Shown here piece by piece: positions 4,426 through 8,962 of a stretch of 8,962 nt of DNA. How positions within the stretch are numbered: the stretch's first letter is position 1; every line of letters starts with the position of its first letter. Both the position numbers and the translations under genes were made by a program. The stretch is from a plasmid. The stretch lies in the sequence record NZ_CP136965.1. The stretch is one strand, 5' to 3'. The notes below the pieces were generated by a model. The model saw nothing but the letters and a program-made list of their open reading frames with translations. It was not told the origin of the DNA and did not search any database.

Positions 4426-4483
4426 TTGTTCTCATAAACTTTTTATGATATTATAAGAACATAAAAATAAGAGGTGTTCTTAT
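4426..4483 (+). promoter_or_regulatory. rep promoter with inverted half-iteron and operator inverted repeat spanning the SD and start codon
   Basis: -35 TTGTTC at 4426..4431, a 17-nt spacer, -10 TATTAT at 4449..4454. The inverted half-iteron GTTCTCATAAAC at 4428..4439 overlaps the -35. The inverted repeat ATAAGAACA (4453..4461) / TGTTCTTAT (4475..4483) brackets SD AAGAGGTG and includes the rep ATG. The half-sites resemble the iteron core TAT(G/A)AGAAC. This is the classic Rep autorepression layout. Confidence 0.6.
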
Positions 4484-5261
4484 GAGTGAGTCTAAATATA
4501 AAAGTGTTACTAGATTTAACAATGATATAAATACTATCCCTATGAGAAATTGGACTACTGAAGAAATGAATTTTTTCTTTGCTGTATTAACAAGAATGAG
4601 GGATGAAGGTACACAGACTGTAGTGATGGATAAATACGAATTAGCAGAAATGGCTCGGTATACTATAGAGCATAATCAACGTTATCAATCTACGTTGCAT
4701 AATTTAACTAAAAAATTACAATCACTTTCATACTTTAAAGAAACTGATAATTCCTTAGTGATGATGCCCTTATTTACATATTTTGAGGCTCATTGGAATG
4801 ATGATTTATCAGATATGACCTTAGAAATAGATGTAAATAAACGGTTTGAATATATTTTAAATGAATGGAACGAGGGAAACTGGACACAGTTCATGTTAGA
4901 CGAATTTTTAGATATAAAATCTACTTATTCAAAAACTTTGTTTAGATTATTAAAACAATATAGAGTTGCTGGAAAACGTGATTTTAGTATCGATGAGTTC
5001 AAATCTTTAATGGATATACCTAAATCTTATTCTACTGGTATGATTACGACACGTGTTGTAGAAAAAGGGGTTAAAGATCTGAAATCTTATTTTGAAAATT
5101 TAAAGGTTAATAAAATCACATCAAATAAGCGTGGTAATCCTATTATAGGATATGAATTCACTTTTGAGCCAGAACGGGTTGGAGCTTGGATCGAAGATAA
5201 ATATGAGCGGAAAGAAGAACCATATTTGCCGTTTAAAAAATGGTTAGAAGAGGATGTTTAA
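4482..5261 (+). CDS. rep: Plasmid replication initiator, Rep_3-like (copy 2)
   Basis: Identical copy of 1..780. SD AAGAGGTG lies at 4469..4476, five nt before the ATG at 4482. Iterons lie immediately upstream. Confidence 0.85.
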   Translation: MSESKYKSVTRFNNDINTIPMRNWTTEEMNFFFAVLTRMRDEGTQTVVMDKYELAEMARYTIEHNQRYQSTLHNLTKKLQSLSYFKETDNSLVMMPLFTYFEAHWNDDLSDMTLEIDVNKRFEYILNEWNEGNWTQFMLDEFLDIKSTYSKTLFRLLKQYRVAGKRDFSIDEFKSLMDIPKSYSTGMITTRVVEKGVKDLKSYFENLKVNKITSNKRGNPIIGYEFTFEPERVGAWIEDKYERKEEPYLPFKKWLEEDV

Positions 5262-5267
5262 CTTAAT

Positions 5268-5283
5268 AATGCTCTAGAGCATT
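5268..5283. repeat. Perfect 16-bp palindrome (copy 2)
   Basis: Copy of 787..802. Confidence 0.6.
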
Positions 5284-5303
5284 ATAATATACAATGACGC
5301 ACT

Positions 5304-5357
5304 ATTTAAAAGTTATAAGCGTCTAAACAGTCTCTAGCAACTTGATTATAGCTAAAA
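5304..5357. repeat. Dispersed repeat A-prime (copy 2)
   Basis: Copy of 823..876. Confidence 0.7.
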
Positions 5358-5541
5358 CTACTTAAATTTAAGCAAAATTAAATAGTAGATTTGTTTTTTG
5401 CAATTCGAGATGTGATAGAAAAAGAAAAAAATAACCCAACTAGTAGTACACATAATGAGATTATTCTTCATTTGAAGCTTAATTAGTGCATACGCCATAT
5501 ATACTATGTAAAAAATATAATATTTAAAGTGAATTTAAAAA

Positions 5542-5570
5542 TTGAAAACGTTTTACAAAAAATATATGCT
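5542..5570 (+). promoter_or_regulatory. Putative promoter of the small-peptide operon (copy 2)
   Basis: Copy of 1061..1089. Confidence 0.4.
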
Positions 5571-5589
5571 GTTTTAAAGGAGTAGAATT

Positions 5590-5697
5590 ATGAATAAACT
5601 TATTATTTATATTGTCAGTGTAATTTTAGTTTCAATTTTAGGTTTTTTAAGTATAAAAGCTAATGATAATCAACCTGCTAGTTTTTTAAAGAACTAA
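5590..5697 (+). CDS. 35-aa hydrophobic peptide (copy 2)
   Basis: Copy of 1109..1216. Confidence 0.5.
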   Translation: MNKLIIYIVSVILVSILGFLSIKANDNQPASFLKN

Positions 5698-5787
5698 AAA
5701 GAATGGCAGGAATTTTATTTATTGATTCTATACTTATTTTTTTAGCAGTATATTTTCATTACAATTAAAAAGGAAGTTGGTTGGGTC

Positions 5788-5967
5788 ATGAAAGAAAGAT
5801 TATTGTGGTTGTTAGTATATATAATTTGTTTATTAATTTTATATACTGTTAATTTTAAATTTGATATGTACTCATGGTATATATTAACTTTTATAGCTTT
5901 AGGAATAGGACTAATTTCTTATATTTCATTAGAGTTAAAGATTAGTAAAAATAAAGAAGAGCATTAA
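5788..5967 (+). CDS. 59-aa small membrane protein (copy 2)
   Basis: Copy of 1307..1486. Confidence 0.5.
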   Translation: MKERLLWLLVYIICLLILYTVNFKFDMYSWYILTFIALGIGLISYISLELKISKNKEEH

Positions 5968-5985
5968 ATGCTCTTCTTTATTTTG
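5953..5985. terminator. Bidirectional terminator (copy 2)
   Basis: Copy of 1472..1504. Confidence 0.65.
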
Positions 5986-6454
5986 GTGTAGCGGTAAAAT
6001 GGCTTACTACATAATATTTATCAGTTCCTTTTCTCAGGTATCTGTAATGTGCGGTTAATTTAAAATTTTTAGCACTTGATTTTTTCAAAGTATTATTAAG
6101 TTGATCAGAAGAATGAGGCAAAGTACTTGCAATTATAGTGGAGGCTACTCCTGTTGCTATAGATGCATAAGGAGATAAAGGAATAGCTATTAATGTTCCA
6201 CCGAGAGATATACTAACGTCTCTTGTTATTTTATTACCAGTAGCTTGCTTAGCGATTTTATTTAATTCTGCTCTAGTGACGGTTGTAGATGTAGTGAAAC
6301 CCTTTGTACCATATTTTTTATATAGTTTTGGAGATGCCCAAATTGTTTCACCAGCTGCTTTGGCTTTATTATGCTGGTTAGTCTCTGGAACAATCATTAA
6401 TAGAACTGCAAAAACAAGAAAAACAGATAATGTTTTTTTGAAATAGGTATTCAT
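5978..6454 (-). CDS. 158-aa signal-peptide protein (copy 2)
   Basis: Copy of 1497..1973. Confidence 0.7.
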   Translation of the reverse strand: MNTYFKKTLSVFLVFAVLLMIVPETNQHNKAKAAGETIWASPKLYKKYGTKGFTTSTTVTRAELNKIAKQATGNKITRDVSISLGGTLIAIPLSPYASIATGVASTIIASTLPHSSDQLNNTLKKSSAKNFKLTAHYRYLRKGTDKYYVVSHFTATPK

Positions 6455-6494
6455 AGATAACGCCTCCCTAATATTTTGAATTTTCTTACATTTC

Positions 6495-6523
6495 ATTATA
6501 TTATCATAGTATATTATTAAAAA
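6495..6523 (-). promoter_or_regulatory. Putative promoter of the secreted-protein gene (copy 2)
   Basis: Copy of 2014..2042. Confidence 0.35.
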
Positions 6524-6729
6524 TATACTATTTAGGAGGATATGCAGATATTACTTTCACAAAAACAAGAATTGATACTTATCATATGGGAGAGAAACTA
6601 TATAGCAGATATGTAACTTCTAAAAAAATTCATGACACATACTTACTCGTAAAATATAAATAAAAGAAAAACTAACGCATAGGATAATGTCTTTACATAG
6701 CAAATAAAGACATCTAAATACCTTAATCA

Positions 6730-6758
6730 TGTTAGAAATTAATAGATCATGTTATAAT
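6730..6758 (+). promoter_or_regulatory. Extended -10 promoter for the candidate sRNA (copy 2)
   Basis: Copy of 2249..2277. Confidence 0.55.
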
Positions 6759-6764
6759 GTAATT

Positions 6765-6831
6765 AACAAATTTAGAAGTTCTATCATAGAACACACAAAC
6801 CCCATCAGTCTGCATACTGATGGGGTTTTTT
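6765..6831 (+). ncRNA. Candidate small RNA (copy 2)
   Basis: Copy of 2284..2350. Confidence 0.45.
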
Positions 6832-6927
6832 GTGCCTAAATTTAGGGCAACTGTTTACTTGTTGTGATGCGTATCTAGGTAACGCTCTATCACTAACAAG
6901 ATGACACCGACAATAATTGGTGCCACG

Positions 6928-6975
6928 AACAAATTTAGAAGTTCGTAAACCATAGAACACACCCCCTTTCGGGGC
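6928..6975. repeat. B element (copy 2)
   Basis: Copy of 2447..2494. Confidence 0.6.
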
Positions 6976-7053
6976 AGTTGCCATGTATGAGTATATCGGT
7001 TAAATATATACTACATCAATGCTTTATAGCCATTTAACTGATAACTATGCATG

Positions 7054-7127
7054 ATTTAAAAGTTATAAGCCTTTAAACTGCTTATAGCGACCTTAGATTT
7101 AGTTATTTAAGTCTAAAATAGCTAAAG
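7054..7127. repeat. Dispersed repeat B-prime (copy 2)
   Basis: Copy of 2573..2646. Confidence 0.7.
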
Positions 7128-7146
7128 AATCTGATTTAGTAGAAGT

Positions 7147-7575
7147 TTATAAATCATCAATTGTTATTCTTTGAAATCTTTTATCTTCCCTTTTTTCTAC
7201 TAGTTCTTCTTTTTGTATTTTATTGTCGTTCATTAATTTATTTCTGTAATGTCTATCAATAGCTTCTTTACCTTTTATGGCTCTTAAAGAATCTCCATAA
7301 TATAAATTAGAAACTTTAAGTTCCTGACGTTCCATCATGGAATAAGTAAATTGTATGTTCAGTTCTAATAAAGATTTAAGGTGCTTTACTTCATCAACAA
7401 TTTGTTTATTTGTATAGTTATCTTCATTTTCTAAATCTAAAAGAGTTAAAATCGCATGTCTTAAAAACTCTGACCTTGTAATGTATTTGTGTTTATTTTT
7501 CAGAATATGGATATCTAATTCCTTTAACAGATCTGTATCAATATCAAAATTTAATCGTTTAATTTCTTTAGTCAT
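7147..7575 (-). CDS. 142-aa RHH-domain protein (copy 2)
   Basis: Copy of 2666..3094. Confidence 0.75.
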   Translation of the reverse strand: MTKEIKRLNFDIDTDLLKELDIHILKNKHKYITRSEFLRHAILTLLDLENEDNYTNKQIVDEVKHLKSLLELNIQFTYSMMERQELKVSNLYYGDSLRAIKGKEAIDRHYRNKLMNDNKIQKEELVEKREDKRFQRITIDDL

Positions 7576-7852
7576 TATTACTCTCTCCCATTCCTAAAAG
7601 TTCTTTAAGCATATTTGCATGTATTTCATGCCAAATGTTTAATTCATTAATAGCTTTATTTTGTTTGTTCAACATTCTACTGACATCTGTTAGTACTCTT
7701 CTTTGTTCTATTTTTTGAGAATTACTATATTCTTCAGTGATATCTTCTCGAATTAAATTTAGTATATATTCATTCATGGATACGTCTTTTTTTTTAGCAA
7801 TTTCTGAAAGATATGAATGTAATTCTGATGGTAAACGTAGTAGAAAATTCAT
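7568..7852 (-). CDS. 94-aa RHH protein (copy 2)
   Basis: Copy of 3087..3371. Confidence 0.75.
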   Translation of the reverse strand: MNFLLRLPSELHSYLSEIAKKKDVSMNEYILNLIREDITEEYSNSQKIEQRRVLTDVSRMLNKQNKAINELNIWHEIHANMLKELLGMGESNND

Positions 7853-7873
7853 AAAATCTCCCCTTTATTATTT

Positions 7874-8067
7874 AATTAAAAATTAATCATACAATGATAA
7901 ATACACTTTTATTTTAACTTATACCGATTAAAAATTAATCAAACTACTTAAAAACGATATCATTAACGATTAATTTCTAATCATAAGATTAATATTTAAT
8001 CATTTGGTTTGTCAATAGAAAAACAGTTGGCACTGCCAACTTATCACTCATGATTAATTTTTAATCA
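7874..8067. promoter_or_regulatory. GATTAA-N4-TAATCA palindrome array (copy 2)
   Basis: Copy of 3393..3586. Confidence 0.7.
8025..8041. repeat. GC-rich palindrome (copy 2)
   Basis: Copy of 3544..3560. Confidence 0.6.
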
Positions 8068-8080
8068 TGAAAAGTGATAT

Positions 8081-8641
8081 TGTTTTTCCTTATGCTCTTT
8101 AAAAAAGACAAAAAATGGGCTGTTTCTTCAAAAAAAGTGAATTGGAATTTAAGATTTTTGTAACAATCTCTTATGATTTTTTGAGATTTAAGCCTTAAAA
8201 ATTTCTAAAAAAGAATATTAAAAATGCTAAATTTCGAAAAATAATTCACTCTTAAATCTGATTCACTTTTTAAATCAATTCTTAAAAAATATCTCCTGTA
8301 AGCTCAAATTTTGACATCAAAATTAAATAAATACCCCGTATCCGAATTTTCAGGAAACGGAAAACTCTCTCTGAAAAGACCTATTCTTTTTCTTTTAATG
8401 GCCATGTAAGCGCTTGATTTAAGCTTAAAAAATACTTTAGGTATAAAAACACCTAAAATAAATTAGAATCGCTTAGAATGGCTTATTTAGGTTTATAGCT
8501 ATGTTTAACCTCCTTAATTAAGCTTCAAAAATCATTTAAAGGCTCTTAGACGCTTTATTTTCTTTTCTACTACCTTTTTATGCTTAAAAGATCTTTTAAG
8601 CGTTCTGAGACTCTTATTTAGAGTTAAAGATTAATTAAAAG
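8081..8641. repeat. AT-rich motif-bearing non-coding region (copy 2)
   Basis: Copy of 3600..4160. Position 8593 is C where 4112 is T. Confidence 0.5.
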
Positions 8642-8643
8642 TT

Positions 8644-8664
8644 GGTTTATGAGAACAAAATGTC
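8644..8664 (+). repeat. Distal iteron (copy 2)
   Basis: Copy of 4163..4183. Confidence 0.75.
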
Positions 8665-8698
8665 ATTAATTAAAATATAAAATATTGGTGTGTTTTTT

Positions 8699-8714
8699 CG
8701 CGCGCGCACGTACA
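8699..8714. other. Alternating CG tract (copy 2)
   Basis: Copy of 4218..4233. Confidence 0.6.
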
Positions 8715-8716
8715 AC

Positions 8717-8761
8717 TATATTTAAATAATATTTAATATAATATTTATATATATATTTAGA
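8717..8761. other. DNA unwinding element (copy 2)
   Basis: Copy of 4236..4280. Confidence 0.65.
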
Positions 8762-8800
8762 CACCTTATAAACATTGATATGATAACCTTTATAAGACCT

Positions 8801-8894
8801 TATGAGAACAAAATGTCGGTTTATGAGAACAAAATGTCGGTTTATGAGAACAAAATGTCGGTTTATGAGAACAAAATGTCGGTTTATGAGAACG
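8801..8894 (+). repeat. Origin iterons (copy 2)
   Basis: Copy of 4320..4413. Confidence 0.9.
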
Positions 8895-8906
8895 TTTTTT
8901 TATATA

Positions 8907-8962
8907 TTGTTCTCATAAACTTTTTATGATATTATAAGAACATAAAAATAAGAGGTGTTCTT
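8907..8962 (+). promoter_or_regulatory. rep promoter/operator (copy 2, cut by the window end; would drive copy 1 of rep on a circle)
   Basis: Copy of 4426..4483, cut 2 nt short of the ATG. Confidence 0.6.

Larger units (their letters stand above)
1..4481. repeat. Monomer unit 1 of a head-to-tail tandem duplication (plasmid dimer or circular-overlap artefact)
   Basis: 8962 = 2 x 4481. Line-by-line comparison shows positions 1..4481 equal 4482..8962 except at 910 vs 5391 and at 4112 vs 8593. Confidence 0.95.
4482..8962. repeat. Monomer unit 2 of the tandem duplication
   Basis: Identical to 1..4481 apart from two C/T substitutions. Every ORF in the six-frame track occurs twice, offset by 4481. 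Confidence 0.95.

Noticed and set aside
4482-8962. Treating copy 2 genes as paralogues or a second locus
   Set aside because: Synteny and sequence are identical over the whole unit, with only two SNPs. It is the same replicon represented twice (a dimer or circular overlap), not a set of duplicated genes.

Overview
The window is two head-to-tail copies (1..4481 and 4482..8962) of a 4481-bp, very AT-rich unit. The unit looks like a small cryptic iteron-type theta plasmid of a low-GC Gram-positive host, most likely Staphylococcus or similar. The two copies are identical except for two C/T differences, and both differences sit on the C of a GATC site.

Each unit contains the following elements.
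- Replication: a 259-aa Rep_3-like initiator. Its origin lies upstream and has a distal iteron, a (CG)4 alternating tract, an AT-rich unwinding element, 4.5 x 21-bp iterons, an inverted half-iteron and a promoter inverted repeat over the rep start codon.
- Membrane peptide operon: two or three very small hydrophobic peptides (35, possibly 21, and 59 aa) read on the plus strand. They converge on a 158-aa signal-peptide membrane protein across a shared bidirectional terminator.
- Small RNA: a strongly promoted and strongly terminated candidate sRNA of about 67 nt. A degenerate second copy lies about 160 bp downstream.
- RHH operon: two translationally coupled ribbon-helix-helix (RHH) genes of 94 and 142 aa. 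Upstream of them is an array of five GATTAA-N4-TAATC palindromes and one GC-rich palindrome.
- Non-coding region: a roughly 560-bp AT-rich stretch carrying dispersed short motifs.

No relaxase, resolvase, transposase, resistance gene, tRNA, rRNA or CRISPR array is visible. The most interesting candidates for an undescribed system are the RHH pair with its palindrome array (possibly a minimal partition, regulatory or mobilisation-accessory module) and the convergent peptide / secreted-protein cassette with its neighbouring sRNA. All product assignments rest on motif recognition only; no database search was possible.
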